From Lama guanicoe (lineage: Eukaryota), in assembly GCA_013239625.1 (NCBI GenBank), contig MU054037.1, positions 1-64,000 on the forward strand: 64,000 nt of DNA, written 5' to 3'. Of the stretch, positions 1-14,970 are shown piece by piece. Numbering within the stretch: the first letter of the stretch is position 1; the number at the start of each line of letters is the position of its first letter. A program made the position numbers and the translations under genes. Below the pieces are notes generated by a model that did not search any database, had not been told where the DNA came from, and saw nothing but the letters and a program-made list of their open reading frames with translations.

Positions 1-66
1 TGGAATTTGACACAACACTGTAAAATGATTAGGAATCAATAAAAAATGTTAAAAAAAAACAAAAAA
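1..66 (+). mobile_element. Terminal 3' end of a young L1
   Basis: Same tail as the 8750-9392 and 33868-34063 copies (tggaatttgacacaac...aataaaaaaatgttaaaa). Confidence 0.8.
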
Positions 67-643
67 AGCTTAAGTGATAAACAAATCAAGTTTCAAATTT
101 GTAACTATTTCCCCTGTAGACATGTTTTTATGACTTATATGTTCCACCTAGAAGTATGATTGCTGGGTCTATGATTAACTTTATAAGAAAGTGCCAAACC
201 ATTTCTGAAGTGGCTGTATCATTCTGCATTCCTACCAGCCATCAATGAGAATCCCTGCCTATCAGCATCCTTGCCAGCATTTGACTTTTTCCTTTGTTCT
301 CTTTTTGTTTTGGATTTTTGCCATTCTAAAAGGTGTGTACTGTATCCCACTGTGGTTTTAATTTACATTTATCTGTTGACATAATGTTGAGCATCATTTC
401 ATATGTTCATTTGCCATCTATACACCTTCTTTAATGAACTTTCTGTTCAAATTTTTGTCCATGTTAAAATTGAGTTGTCTTATTAACTTGTAAGTACTGT
501 TTATATATTCAAGATGCAAGTCCTTTGTTGACTACATCAAATAGTCGTCTAACTTCTGGGTTTTTTCCCAGTTACTGTGAATTCCTAATTATTCGTGGGC
601 AGCTCCTGAGAAGACCTACAAGAACAATAGAGCAGCCACTCAC

Positions 644-784
644 CTCTGAAACTGTAACTTTATTAGGGTACTTGTAAACCCTTGCCGTTGTCGAAGGGAT
701 TTTATCTGTTTCCAAGTCCGTAATATACTGCGTAGAAGGGAGAAGTCCTTTTCCCTTTCTAAATCATAGAGCTGTTTTGTATTA
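644..784 (-). CDS. CC2D2B: CC2D2B exon 12 (141 bp); gene continues left of the window
   Basis: Acceptor ttattgtag|TAAT, donor GAG|gtgagt. Translates SNTKQLYDLEREKDFSLLRSILRTWKQIKSLRQRQGFTSTLIKLQFQR. Confidence 0.92.
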
Positions 785-1261
785 CTACAATAACAATGGT
801 AGATCAAAAATATGTTAGTGGCTTAGACGGTAGGCCATTAAAAATGGCCTAGAAGAATGTATTGCACTTACTCTTCTGGATCCCCCACCTTCTTCTTTTT
901 TTTTTTTTTTTCATTTTACCCACATTTTGATATAGAGAGTGAAATTCCTTTTAGAGAGTCATGCCTCTTTTACTTAAAGATTTTTCACATTTTAGCTCTG
1001 CTAAAATCCATGTATTTCCAGATTTTCCAGACATTCTGTAGTGTATTTATTACACTTTTTCCAGATTAACAAATAGAACCATTGCTTCAAGTTTTGAGAT
1101 ACTTTGCCTGATGGGGTAGGGAGCAGATTATTTGGATACTGAAATAATATACTGTTTAAAGATGCTTATTCTGGCTTCTTCACTTTGCAAACACATATAG
1201 TATGGCGAATTACAATGATTGATTTTCTTTTTTTTCCCCTTTGTCTTTCAGCATTTCTGTC

Positions 1262-1361
1262 TTTTCTTTTTTTAATTGAAGTGTAGTCAGTTACAATGTG
1301 TCGATTTCTAGTCAAGCATAATGTCCCACTCATGCATATATATATATATATATATACATTA

Positions 1362-1402
<41 letters not shown>

Positions 1403-1556
1403 TTCATTTTCATATTCTTTTTCATTAAAGGTTATTATAAGATATTGGATAGAGTTCCCTGTGCTATACAGAAGAAATTTGTTTTTTAATCTGTTTTTAT
1501 TTATAGTGGTTATCATTTGCAAATCTCGAACTCCCAAACTTATCCCTTCCCAGCCC
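1262..1556 (-). mobile_element. L1 3' end with internal (TA)n(CA)n microsatellite
   Basis: Poly-T start, ttccctgtgctatacag motif typical of cetartiodactyl L1 3' UTRs. Confidence 0.75.
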
Positions 1557-1804
1557 CAACTGATTTTCTAACGTTAAATCATCCTTGCATTCCTGGAATA
1601 AGCCTAGCTTTTACATTATTTGATAAAATTCTGTTCAGCGTATTTGTATCTATTTCACAAATGAAATTGGGCTGCAATAATTTCTGTATTGTTGTTAGGA
1701 TTTAATTTCAAAGATAAAATAAACTCATAAACTAAGTTGAGAATGTGGTCTCTTTTTCTACTCTTTGGGAATTTTTGAAAAATAGAAGTTATCTTTAAAT
1801 CAAA

Positions 1805-1990
1805 GGTTCTCAAGCTTTATTGTGCATTAGAATCACCTGAGGGCTTGTTAAACACAGATTGCCAGGCCCCAGCCCCAGAATTTCTGATTCAGGAGGTCTG
1901 TGGTAGACCTGACAATTCACATATCTAACAGGTTTCCAGGTGAAGTTGAAGCTGCCCTCTGGGGACCACACTTTGAGAATCACCACTTTA
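1805..1990. mobile_element. MER5A-like hAT element (similar copies ~29985-30160, 34490-34675, 43050-43170, 63140-63305)
   Basis: ttctcaa...gcattagaatcacctg...ggggaccacactttgagaa signature. Confidence 0.75.
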
Positions 1991-4629
1991 AATGTTCTAT
2001 AGAATTCTAGTTTTGTCATCTGAGCCTGGAGTTTTCTTTGCCAAAAGGTTTCAAATTACTGATTTGATTTCTTTAACAATTATTGAACTATATATTTTTT
2101 TCCCTTCTTCTTCCTTATCTTGGATATATTCTAGTTAGTTGCATTTTTGTAGATATTTGTCCTTTTCATGTAAATGTTTATATTCTTTAACATAAAGGTG
2201 TTTAAAGTATACAGCATCGGTAGTAACGTCCCCCTTTTTTTTCCTTGATACTGTATATTGTGTATTTGTGCTGTTTCTTTTTTCATCAGCCTTGCTCGAG
2301 TTTATCAATTTTTATCAAATTTTTGGATTTGTTGATTCTATCCTAGGTTTCTTACTAACTTCTGTTCTTTTTATTTCATTTCTTCTATCCTTTTCCCTAA
2401 CTTAAGAAGAATGCTTAGCTCATCCATTACCTCCTTCTTTTTCTCTATGTAATTAAATAAAATTTCCTCTGAGAATTATTTTAGCTCTGACAAATTTTGA
2501 TACATATTCATTTTTTATCAGTAAATTCAAAATATTTTCCAATTATCAATATGATGTCTTCTCTGATAGATTGTTGAGACATGTATTTCTTAATTTCCAA
2601 ACATATGGAGATTTCCTAGCAACCTTTTTTGTATTTTTGTGTTGGGTTTCTGCAGTGAATGAATTAAATCCTTTGAATATACTGAGACTTTGAGACTTAC
2701 TGAGATAACATAAGGTCAACTTCTGTAAATGTTCCGTATGTTCCTGAAGAGAGTGGTATTTTGCAGTTGTTGGGTGCAATATTCTGCAAATATACCTATT
2801 AGCCAAGTTTATTAATCATGTTCATATCTTCTATATTCTGAGTTTTTTTGTTGTTTTTAGTTTCATCAATTACTAGAAGTGTGTTAAAACTGCCCCACAC
2901 ATTTGTGAATTTGCTATTTCTCCTTGTATTTGTCAAATTTTTCTTTATATATTTTGAAGCCATATTATTGTATGCTATATGTATATTATGTGTGTGTACA
3001 CACATGTGAATTAAATCATATATTCTCATGTGGTTTATTATCTCTAGTAAAGCTTTTTGCCTTAAAGATCTATTTTACCTTATATTATCATACTCTGCCA
3101 GCTTTCTTCTGTTAGTGTTTGTATGGCATATTTTTTCTCTTATTTTATTCTCTTTCTATATCCTTATGTGCTAATAAATAACATATAAATAACATAATCA
3201 GATTTTTTAAAAATTATTTTAATCCAGTCTATCAATCTAGGTAAAAATGGATCACTTAACCCATTTAGATATATTTAGGTTTTATTCTACCATTGTCTTT
3301 AAACTTTCTACTTGTCTCATCTGTTTCTATATTCCTTTGTCTCTATTTTTTTTAACCTTCTTTTGATTGCTTGAGTATTTTTTATTATCCCATTTTCCTC
3401 TTCCATTGGTTTGAAAGCTGTATCTTTTCATTCTCTTCCTTTAGAGACTGTAAGTCAGAATCTAAGTCCTTGATTTATCAAAGTCTAATGTTAAGCTTTA
3501 CCTTTACTCTCCTCTTGGTCAGTGCAAGTATTTTTAATCACACTTACCCTTCTCCATTCTTTACTCCATTCTAGAAGTTTTATATTTCAACCCTCTCTGT
3601 GTTTTTATATCCCATAAAGCATCACTACATCATTACATGATTGTTCGTTGAGACCTACGTATCTACCATATTCTTTGTTTCTCAGTCCTTCCTTCCTTAT
3701 TCTGTGTTCATTATGGCCAATGACTGTTCTTTGATTTAAGTTTTAATCTTATAAATAATACTAATTTATTATTTTGTAAATACTAATTAATTCCATTCTA
3801 TTCATTCACTCATTCATTCGACTAATATTTACTGAGCGCTCACTATGTGCCAGTACTTGTACAAGGCATATGTCAAGTTTCTCAAGTGATACTGTTTGCA
3901 TTTAACTAGGTTATTCTGGGAAACCAATTATTTAAAACATATTGCCTCTAGTGGTTAAGAGTTTGTAGAACCATTTCAGGTAAATGGGCAGGGAGTCAGG
4001 GAAATTCTTTAACTATCAAATACTTTCACAGACAGATAGCTGTCATTTCTTTGTACATAGTTTAAGTTTCTACCCAATAAGTATCTCCCAGTGAGCTTTC
4101 CTGCTTTTGGAGATTCCATGACACATAATCATGTGTTGTCTTAGAATTACTTTTCCAGTTATTTCATTCTTTCCTAATATCTCATCTTGTCTATCAGCCA
4201 ATGGTTCCCAACTTGTAGACCACTTTTTAACAAAGGTCCTTACACTTATATGCTCTTTGAGTATAATCTTTAGACTGAATTAATGATAATGTATCTTGCA
4301 CATATGTGCATGTGGACTAATTATCAAATATATACAAACACTTGAGATAAATATAATCCAAGTCAATTGAAAAGTATTAGTAAACCCATAGTAGTTTTTC
4401 ATCATTTTTTTAAATAGATATTAAAACTACAACTACTTCCATGTGACACCTCTGTGATACATTTTTACACAAAAATAGGTCTTTACAAAAGGTTGAAATT
4501 ATTGCTTCAATTACCTGAAGAGTAAAGATTTTGTCATTTTCTTATGTCTTCAATAGCATTGTACAATACTCTGTCTAAAGAAGTTACTTAGTAAATGCTT
4601 GATGAATACATGAATGGTATAAAACCTAC

Positions 4630-4727
4630 CTTATCTGCCAATAATAATCCTGTAAAGATTCTGTGGTCAGCTGGCTTCTTTCCAAATTTTCATTTGCCAA
4701 TTTGGTAGCATCTGTCAGTGCTTTAAG
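4630..4727 (-). CDS. CC2D2B: CC2D2B exon 11 (98 bp)
   Basis: Acceptor ttgttgtag|CTT, donor AAG|gtaggt. Translates LKALTDATKLANENLERSQLTTESLQDYYWQI. Confidence 0.92.
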
Positions 4728-5489
4728 CTACAACAAAGAAAAGAGCCTTTTTGGCACATTTCATCTACTTGTCACCAACACTGCAATTCACCTGTCAGTC
4801 TAGGTGTATGCAGCAGAAGCCCAAGTGTATAACTTTTTGTGTATTACAGTCTTATCTTCCAAAATACATTTCATTTAAGCACTTTGGGGCAGAAGTGAAA
4901 AGACCCTCAATATTTGTCTAAGAAATGAACATTATACTTTGAAACTTCTCAACAATCAGTTTATCAGTTAATATAAAGAAATGCCAGTCAATCAAAATGA
5001 CAGCTTGAGCACAGGAATCTACCTTATCTTCTACCTAAAAATCCCATGGTTACAGAAAAGATATCTGTCTGTCTGTATCCATATCCACTGCCATCATCAC
5101 ATTCACATCTATATATCTCTCTATGAAAGAACAGGTGCACGCCAACATAGGAAAACAAGAAAAATAAAATCAAGAGAACAAAATTTGCAGAGGAAAGTAA
5201 AAAACAGAGAGAAACATCCACAGAGAATATCCACAGAGAAATAAAACCAGAGGAAACTACATCTTAAAACATGTACAGAAGAAGTCTTTCACAGTTAGGG
5301 ACAGTTTGTGGGAACTCCAAGACTATGGTCAACTAATACAGACTTCTACTGGAAGATAAAAGAGAAGACCTCAACAAATGCAAAGACATGAAATGAGGAA
5401 ACCCAAATTTTATAAAGATAAAACTTCTCTCAAAATTAATATAATAATATAATGCAATTACAATAAAAGTAGCAGGATTTTGAAAAAAT

Positions 5490-6910
5490 TCTTATCTTTT
5501 ATTGAAGTGTAGCGATTTACAATGTTAGTTTCAGGTGTACAGCAAAGCAATTCAGTTATACATATACATATGTGTATATGTATATACACATATATATGTA
5601 CATCTATATTCAGATTCGTTTCCATTACAGCTTATTACAAGAAACTGAATATAGTTCCCTGTGCTATACAGTAGATCCTTATTGTTTATCTATTCTGTAT
5701 ATAGTAATATCTATCTGTTAATCCCAAACTCCTAATCTATCCCCCCATCTTTCCCTTCTGGTAACCACAGTTTGTTTTCGGTGTCTGAGAGTCTATTTCT
5801 AGTTTGTAAATAAAATTTGTATTTTTTTAAGATTTCACATATAAGCAACATCATATGATATTTGTCTTCCTGTGTCTGACTTCACTCAATATGATAATCT
5901 CTAGGTCTATCCATGTTGCTGCAAATGGCATTATTTCATTCCTTTTTATGGCTGAGTAATATTCCATTCTCTCTATATATACCACATCTTCTTTATCCAT
6001 TCATTTGTCAACAGACATTGAGGTTGTTTCCATGTCTTCTATTGTAAATAGTCCTGCTGTGAACATGAGTCTTCTCAAATTATGGTTTTCTCTGGATATA
6101 TGCCCAAGAGTGGGATTGCTGGATCATATGGTAAGTCTATTTTTAGTTTTTTGAGGAATCTCCATACTGTCCTCCATAATGGCTATACCAATTCACATTC
6201 CCACCAACAATGTAGGGGGGGTTCCTTTTTTTTCCCACACTCTCTCCAGCATTTATTATTTGTAGACTTTTTAATGATAGCCATTCTGACTGGTGTGAGG
6301 TGACACCTCATTGTAGTTTTAATTTGTATTTCTCTAATAATTATCGACATTGAGCATCTTTTCATGTGCCTTTTGGCCATATGAATGTCTTCTTTGGAGA
6401 AATGTCTGTTTAAGTTTTTGCCCAATTTTTGACTGGGTTGCTTGTTTTTCTGATATTAAGCTGTATATATTGTTTGTATATTTTGGAAATTAGTTCCTTG
6501 TCAGTTGCATCATTTGCAAATATTTTCTCCTATTTTGTAGATTGTTTTTTCATTTTTGTTTATGGTTTCCTTAGCTGTGCAAAAGCTTTTAACTTTAATT
6601 AGGTCTCATTTGTTCATCTTTGTTTTTACTTCCATTACTCTAGGAGCTGGTTTGAAAAAAAATATTGCTGTGATTTATGTCAAGGAGTGTTCTGTCTATA
6701 TTTTCCTCTAGGAGTTTTATAGTATCCAGTCTTACATTTAGGTCTTTAATCCATTTTGAGTTTATTTTTGTATATAGTGTTAGAGAATGTTCTAATTTCA
6801 TTCTTTTATATGTAGCTGTCCAGTTTTCCCAGTACCACTTACTAAAGAGATTGTTTTTTCTTCGTTGTATATTCTTGCCTCCTTTGTCATAGATTAATTG
6901 ACCATAAGTG
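5490..6910 (-). mobile_element. L1 3' portion (ORF2 C-terminus + 3' UTR)
   Basis: ORF2 motifs HFSKEDIHMAKRHMKRCS and [19 protein letters not shown] on the minus strand. Confidence 0.9.
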
Positions 6911-7394
6911 TGTTATTTCTGAACTTTCTATCTGGTAAAAGGATTTTTAAAATGGAAGTTGACAAGCTAATTCTGAGGTTCAAAAGGAAGATAAAATCTT
7001 TAAGAATATGCAAAAATATTCTAGGAAAAAACAATAAGAAGGTATTTGTCTTTCCACATCATAATTTAATAATTAAATAGAGTAATTTAAACAGGGCAGG
7101 AATAGACCAATATGGCAGTAGAATAAATAATTAGTCCTTAAACAAATCTACGTAAATATGTGAAGCCTGTTTAGGATAAAGGCAGAATTTTAAATCAGTA
7201 TGAAAATTATGGTTTTTGGAATATAGGCTTACCTTTTATGGGAAAGAAATTGATTTGGAGCCTGACCTCACAAGACATAGATATAAACTCTAGACAGAAT
7301 TAAAGGCTAGAAATCATACACATACGTACACACAGATAATATATCATATATATATATTATTAGCAGAATATATAGAAAGATATCTTTATAATTT

Positions 7395-7935
7395 TGGCTT
7401 ACCAGATACTATTGGTTGCCCTTGAATGATCATTTTTCTTGGTTGGTAGGACCTCAATTTTGTTCAATTGCTCAGTCTTCTTCCATGTATTTCAGAAGTA
7501 AACACTGATTAGTCTAGCCATTTGTAGCAAACTCGTTTTTCTTGCTAGTGACTAATTTAGGTATGATCATATGATGTAACTCTAGCCAATGAGACATGAG
7601 GGGTTATCTGCTGAGGTGTGGGAGAAAGGTTGGAAAGGACTCTTAAGGTGAGACTCTAAGCTGCACATTGTGTGTCTGGCCAGCATGCCTCCAGCTGGAG
7701 CAGCCGCTCTGTTAGTTCCCATGAGAAGAGCTAACCAAGTCAACTTGTTGAAGATGAAGATTAAAGAGGGAAAAAAGCCAGGGTTGTTGATGATATTGTT
7801 GAGCCACCAAATTAACCAACTCTAGAGCTTCCCTAACTTGGGACTTTTGATATCAGAGGTAATATCTTTTCCTTATTGTTTAAAGCAAATGAGAGAGTTC
7901 TCTGTGAATTGTAACCAAAGGTATGCTGACTGACA
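7395..7935. mobile_element. MaLR (MLT1-type) LTR; similar remnants ~20020-20350, 36990-37390, 43740-44140, 56290-56640
   Basis: tagccaatgagacatgagggg...ccttattgtttaaagc... pattern typical of MLT1 elements. Confidence 0.6.
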
Positions 7936-8749
7936 CAAGTCTCAGGAAGCTTAGCAAGTGAACAACACAACCTAATTCCCAAGAGAAAGGATTAGCAAAA
8001 TTTGACCTCATAAAATTTTAAATATTTCCAAGAGATAGGAAAAATGAAGTTGAAAAGCAAGCAAAATGGGGCAAGAACATATAAAACATATTCAAAAGAC
8101 ATATATCTCATATGGACTTATATCCAGTGCATGTGTATGTGTGTGTGTGTATATAATATATATAATATATACATACTAAAACTCTTACAGAGTACTTAAA
8201 GATAAACAAAGCTACAGAAAAACGGGCAAATAATATCAACTATTGGTAAGTACTCTGGGAAGTGCGTTCTCTCCTGTACTGCCAGTGGAAATTCAAACTG
8301 AAAACCTTTTTTGGAAAGGCAATTCATTACTCTTTAATAAAATTTAAACTTTATGCAATCTTACTCTTAACCAAGAAATTTCACTTCTAGGAATCTAGCC
8401 TACAGAAGTTTTCACATATGTGCTCAGATATATAGGTATAAGGATGTTCACTGCCTCACTATTTGTAATCATAAAAAATGGAAATGACCTAAGTGTCATG
8501 AATGGGGAATGATTAAACATATTAAAATATAATTAATTAAAATACAGGTATATTATGGGTCTATATATAGTGAAATGGAAAAAGCTCTGAGATGCAGAAT
8601 TAATTTTTAAGAACCAAGTTGCCAAATATTACATATGGGAAGATCTAATTTATTTTAAAAACCATTGTGGCATATATATACAGGATACATGGAAAAGAGA
8701 ACTTTAAAGTTATAGTCCAAACCATGAGGTAAAAATTAAAAGTAGGGCT

Positions 8750-9392
8750 CAAAAAGACACCTGCACCCCAATGTTCATAGCAGCACTACTTACAATAGCC
8801 AAGACATGGAAAATAGCCTAAATGTCCATCAACAGATGACTGGATAAAGAAGATGTGGTATATTTATACAGTGGAATACTATTCAGCCATAAAACGACAA
8901 CATAATGCCATTTGCAGCAACATGGATGTTCCTGGAGAATGTCATTCTAAATGAAGTAAGCCAGAAAGAGAAAGAAAAATATCGTATGAGATCGCTCATA
9001 TGTGGAATCTAAAAAACAAACAAACAAACAAAAACAAAGCATAAATACAGTACAGAAATAGACTCACAGACAGAGAATACAGACTTGTGGTTACCAGGGG
9101 GGTGGAGGGTGGGAAGGGATAGACTGGGATTTCAGAACTGTAGAATAGGGGTGGGAAGGGACAGACTGGGAGTTCAAAATTTGTAGATACTGACAGGCAT
9201 ATGTAGAAAAGATAAACAAGATTATACTGTATAGCACAGGGAAATATATAAGGATCTTGTGGTAGCTCACAGAGAAAAAAAATGTGACAATGAATATATG
9301 TATGTTCATGTATAACTGAAAAATTGTGCTCTACACTGGAATTTGACACAACAGTATAAAATGACTACAACTCAATAAAAAAGTTAAAAAAA
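8750..9392 (+). mobile_element. Young L1 3' end
   Basis: KDTCTPMFIAAL-type ORF2 end, 3' UTR ending ggaatttgacacaac...aataaaaaagttaaaaaa, imperfect TSD aaaaatt.aagtag.gct. Confidence 0.9.
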
Positions 9393-11063
9393 TTGAAGTA
9401 GTGCTTTCACCCTTTTAAACTTCTATACTGAATCTTTTCCAATAATAATGTATTCCTGTATTACTTGAGTAATTAAAAAAAAACTAGAGGCAAAAACAGT
9501 AGAAATCTTCATATCTGGGAATCCTTCCTACTCTGTCATACAGAGTAAAATGCTGTTTACAACATTTCTCCTGGTTCCTTATGTGGGATTCACAGTCATG
9601 TAAAGAAACATATTCCAGTTTAAGAATTCCTTGGATGTCAGTGAGTCTTCTACTACTTTGAACTTGGTTTGAACAAGCAGAGCCACACATTTCACACCAA
9701 GGAACTAAAAGGATACATAAATTATAAATCAGTACTTTGGCAGGAGACCAATGATACACGCTGCAACACTTGGCCTTTTCTCCTATTTCCTACTGCTCTT
9801 CTCCTCTTTCATTTTAGAAGGGCATGCACATGACCTACCAAATTTCTCTTTTTACAAACTACCAGGAGATTGGAAAAATGCCCAAAAGAGAAGAAATTGA
9901 AGAAAAGTAAAAATCAACTAAGAAATTACTTTTAGATTCTAATAATAATAATGATAATAATAATAAAAATATTACAAATAATGATCCAAAATGTTATTTT
10001 ATACAGAGAGCCATGCTACATGAAAAACAAACATAGTTGTAATATATAGTAATAGATAGCACTCTAGTGAAACAAAATTGATATTGCTAGATCAGAATTT
10101 AAAGATTATACAATATTGTTGGAGAACTGTTTATAAAGTAGAAATCTATAAATCAAATTACTTTTTCAATGACCTACAACTTAATTTCAGAGTTGGTTCC
10201 TCCATTCATAAAAATAACAGTCATACTAAAAGTTAGAATACTCAATATTTGGTTTAGGAAATATTTTGACATTACTAATGCATGGTCTTCATCTATTAAA
10301 TTCTCCCACACAATTGGTACATGAAAATTCAATCAAATGGATTAAGTCCCTGGTTTTCGCAAAAAGCAGCTATATTAAGATACAATTCATTTCCAGCTCA
10401 TTGGAATGTCTTGGTGATTCCATTAAGCTTGAATATTTAACTAAATACTTTGCTAAGTATGTATTTTTAAAATGTATTCATTAGCCAAATGAGAGCTATC
10501 AAAATAATCTTTTCAGAGAGAACACTTGTTAACAAAACGCTCATGTATCAGTAACTCAGCACAGAGTTTAGATGAGAAGCACAAATTCATAAAAATAATG
10601 AGTGGGTACTCCTTTATTTTTAAGCTTTATATACCCTTTGTGATGTCATTATATGACTATCTGGATTAATCATTCTCAGACTAGGACTCTTCATATTTGA
10701 TAGGAGATTCAAAATCACTAATATTTTTATCAAAAACACTTTATTACAAGACTTAAAACAGCCATTTGGCTCTCTTAAATATTTCAAATACTCTTCCTGA
10801 GTCATAGGACCAAGAATACCATGATTAGCAAACCATCTATAAGTGCTAAATATCCTGCAGGATATGTTTAAGGCTGCCTCCCTGGCCAGTCAATCCACAA
10901 TTTCTTTTCAGAAAAACTGAAATCAACTATTAGTTTATTTGGTTAAATATTTAAAGTGCTAAGGGAAAATGTTCCATTGATAGCTTGCTCGGTACTAAGA
11001 AGTTTGTTTTCTGTTTTAATATTAACGGTCCAGCTCTGTAAATATAACGAAAGCCATTCTCAC

Positions 11064-11273
11064 CTTCTCATAAAGCAGCTGAGGTAAATTCTGTTGCTGC
11101 CTGTCCTGAAAACACTCATAAAGTTGGAGAAGCCTAGCACATAATACGTGTTCTTGATTGAAGAGAGGATGATGACTGAATTGCAAACCCACAATGTTGA
11201 GATCTAATTGATACATTTCCCTTTGACATTCCATTTTGTTCCTGATAGAGCTTTCCAGATCAGATTTCATTGC
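11064..11273 (-). CDS. CC2D2B: CC2D2B exon 10 (210 bp)
   Basis: Acceptor ttaaaag|GCA, donor AAG|gtgaga. Translates AMKSDLESSIRNKMECQREMYQLDLNIVGLQFSHHPLFNQEHVLCARLLQLYECFQDRQQQNLPQLLYEK (FSHHPLF..EHVL motif shared with CC2D2A). Confidence 0.94.
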
Positions 11274-13967
11274 CTTTTAAAGAAAAATATTTACACAATA
11301 TTAATTTGATTCTATTCCTCTTGAAATTAAGTAACTCCTTATAAAAATAAAACATTAATTGCAAGAAAATTAAGAGATTCAGAAAAGCAAAAAACAATAA
11401 TTTGACCCTCCTTCCTTGAAATTGATTATGGCCCTTGAGTTTATAAAATACATTTATGTTGCACCATTTTAATCATCTTGCTTTAAATTACGGTCATCTA
11501 CTTTACTACTGTGTGCTGGTAGAAGTTGCACTTTTAAGTTATAAGCCCCCAAATAATTTCCTATAGGAATGCTATGACAAATGGTGTTTAGAACTGGTGG
11601 GTCAATAGTTCACTATGTGGTGATCTAATAGTCATCTGTGGGCCAGAACTAAAAAATGGCAAACCCTTATTAAAACATTGTTTTTAAGTGAATATATGTT
11701 GGCAATCCCCTGGAAAATTCCCTGGAGGAGCCTGGAACCTCTAAGCAAATGCTACCTTATAAGAAGAGCATCTTTATATATGGCAAAGTCTCCATTTGGA
11801 TACTAGGTTGTGCCTAAATTAGTTGAAGTCTGGAGGCCTTATATTCAAAATGATTCAGCTATGTTTTAGTACACTACTTTGAATTTTAGCACATACGTCT
11901 AAACATGCACGTGATTGGTTTTTTGTGATGCAATTTGAGATGCAATTTTGTGATGCAATTATAGTGGGTTACTCAGCATGTAAAGCCCAATTCACGAATG
12001 GCTAACCACTCTCAATATGAGCCAAGATTGCATTCACAAAAAAAAAAAAGAGAGAGAGAGAGAGAGCATGAGCCCTTTCCTTGGATCAGTCTGAAGTGGC
12101 AGAACGTGCCCTCCATCCTACACCATTGCTTACACTTGCTGATATACTGAAAAAACTGCTGTGTACACCTCTAACCTGGTGTGACATATCCGGTGCTTCT
12201 CAAGGACTGCAGGTCACCAGTATGATGCCTACATCTCTCCCTCCCTCCTCTCTCCTGAGCAAGATAACAGTCATAAAGTTTGTTTTTGTTTTATCCTTAT
12301 CTTGTAAGTCTCTATTCTCAATGTAAGGATCAACTCAGAAGGGAAAACTTGCACTTAATTCCATCTACAAAATTCAGTAATTGGTAGTAAACTCGTCATT
12401 AATCAGGCAAAACCACCAAGGAAATAAACAGTTTCAGTTTTAAATAACCAAATTATAAGTGAATAATTGGAAATTAAAGTTGCAATAGAAACAGTGAGCT
12501 TCAGAAGTAAGTGGAAAGTCATCTTCAGAGTGCTAAAAGCAAAATAACAGCCAACCTAGAATTCTAGACCTAGCAAAAAATATCCAGTATTACTTTTTTT
12601 TTTTTAACTTTAATGTTGTGGTGGAACTTCTCCATTAGACTCTCAGACCTCCATAATGGTACTCTTGTCCATGGGTGACTGTCAAAATCAGTGTTCTTTG
12701 GAGAGAAAGACAGTAGAAAACTTGATTTGCTGTGATGATGATGTCATTCTTCCAGTTTTGCTCTTTTCTATCAAGATTGTTTTGATTATTCAGGGTCCTT
12801 GGTACTTCTATATGAATTTGAGGATTGTTTTCTATTTCTGTGAAAAACATCACTGGAATTTTGATAGGGATTGCACTGAATATGTAGACTGCTTTGGGTA
12901 GTATAGATAGTTTAATAATATTAAGTCTTCCAATCCATAAACACAGGATGTCTCTCCACTGGACAGTTTTTTATTTTTAAAGAAATTATGTCTTTAATAA
13001 AAAACATTCCCACAAATAAATTTCTAGGTCACGATGGATTCATCAGTGAATTCTTCCAAATATTTAAGGAAGAAAAAACAAAAATCTTATACAATTCTCC
13101 CAGAGAAGAGAAAAGAGTGAACATTCCCAAAATTGTGTTGAAGTCAGTGTAACCTTGATGAAAATCTGACAAGAATATTGCGAGGAAAAAAAAAAAGACA
13201 AATTTATGTCAGGAACATATACGCAAAAATCCTAAGCAAAAATATTAGCAAATGGAATCCAGTAATATATAAAAAGAAAATGAATCACAAATGGGGTGTA
13301 TTTCAGAAATATTTGAAAATCAGTGTAATTCACCACATTAAAAGTAAAGAAGAAAATACTATTATAATACTTAATAGGCTCAGAAAAAGCATTTGATAAA
13401 CATCAACAAACATTCATGATCAAAATCTTCATGTCCTAAATTTTAAAAGTGAGACATTTAATTAAAGCTTAAATGCCTTTGTACGGTAAAATGATAAAAA
13501 GATTTTAACAGCAAAAACATTTACTGTATTTTTAGAAGATCCTGAAAGAAATGTATAAGCAGTATAAAGATAAAAAATACTACAACATAGGAAAGATTTC
13601 TTTTTTAATTTTTTAGATTCTCTGGGAAAAAAATCAGAAGCTGTGAAGAAGGAAAGACAGCATGTATCATATAGAATGAAGATCCTCATGTGATACATAA
13701 AGACAAGGAGACCTCCAAAATATATATATCTCTTTAGTTTAGGGAGAAGCCTCATTTCCTCTGTAGGCCGAGATGTATCAGCCTTATCAGGAAAGAAGTG
13801 CCCTTGCTGTTAAAATGTTGCAGCTACTAGAATATGCAAGGAATACAGAAAGCAGTTGTAAAGAAAAAGCATTAACTACGGAAAGCATGTACTTTCTAGA
13901 AGAGCAGAAGTAACTTACAGGTTTAAAGCAACAGAGGGAATAAAGAACATAAATACAGCTATAAGTA

Positions 13968-14291
13968 CAGTTGACCTTTGAACAACATGAGTTTGAACGG
14001 TGCTTGTCCACTTATATGTGGATTTTTTTCAATAAATATAGTATCTATATTTTCATTTTACAGATCTTTAAACTAAGTGTGGGGAAAAGTTGGTTTTCAA
14101 TTAGAGATCACAATGTATGAATCGAAAGAACTAGGGTAGGAGCCCTGATTCTATCCAACCAGTTTCAGCTTCCTGCCCTTGGGTGAATCATTTATCAATG
14201 TCTTTATTTCTGAGGCAGAGAGAACAGTATGCACTTTTTTGACTTCATGGAGGTTGGTGCCCCAAATGCCAGGTTGTTCAAGGGTCTACTG
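13968..14291. mobile_element. Tigger2-like TcMar non-autonomous DNA transposon
   Basis: TIRs CAGTTGACCTTTGAACAAC / GTTGTTCAAGGGTCTACTG, each flanked by TA. Confidence 0.85.
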
Positions 14292-14970
14292 TATTTTGAG
14301 TAGGTACTATTTCCACTTTGTATCTACCAACCACTGTATTTCTTATATATGGTATGGTTAAGGCAAGTGAATGAGCAACTAAGTTTTTGTACATAATTCT
14401 GACTTACAATTTTTTCAAGCCAAATTATTAATATAACTATTTCTGTCTAAATATTTCTTCTTATTAGGTCAATGGACTGTTAATTTTCATAATGTCTTTT
14501 AGAATATTTATTAAATTTGTTTCCTTGATTATAATATACACTTACTTTTGAAATTTACAAAATAGAGTATGAAAAGGAAAATAAAAATAATCGCTATGTC
14601 CTACTATCCAGAGATAATTGTTAACTTTGATACATTTTCTAGTCTTTTTAACTATATACACATACGTATGTACTTACATATTCATTTATAAATTCACTCA
14701 TTCATTCATTACCTATTTTTATAAAATTAGGATCATATTAAATTTTGTATTCTGCTTTTTGTCATCTTACTATTTTGAGCATTTCCCCATATTATTAAAT
14801 ATTTCTTGAAAAAATAAATTTAATGGCTATTTAACATTTCATCATAGTTTTTGCCTTTACTAGACTTATTAACATCTTTAAAAGGTGAATTAGCACACAG
14901 AAAATAAGTACATAAGTTATAATTGATATTATAAGAATTTTGACCATAGTCACAAACTGCTGTTGGTTAC

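Noticed and set aside
10620..10805. 61-aa minus-strand ORF MTQEEYLKYLRE… in a CC2D2B intron
   Set aside because: Exons 10 and 11 already join in frame, and I see no convincing splice sites or homology.
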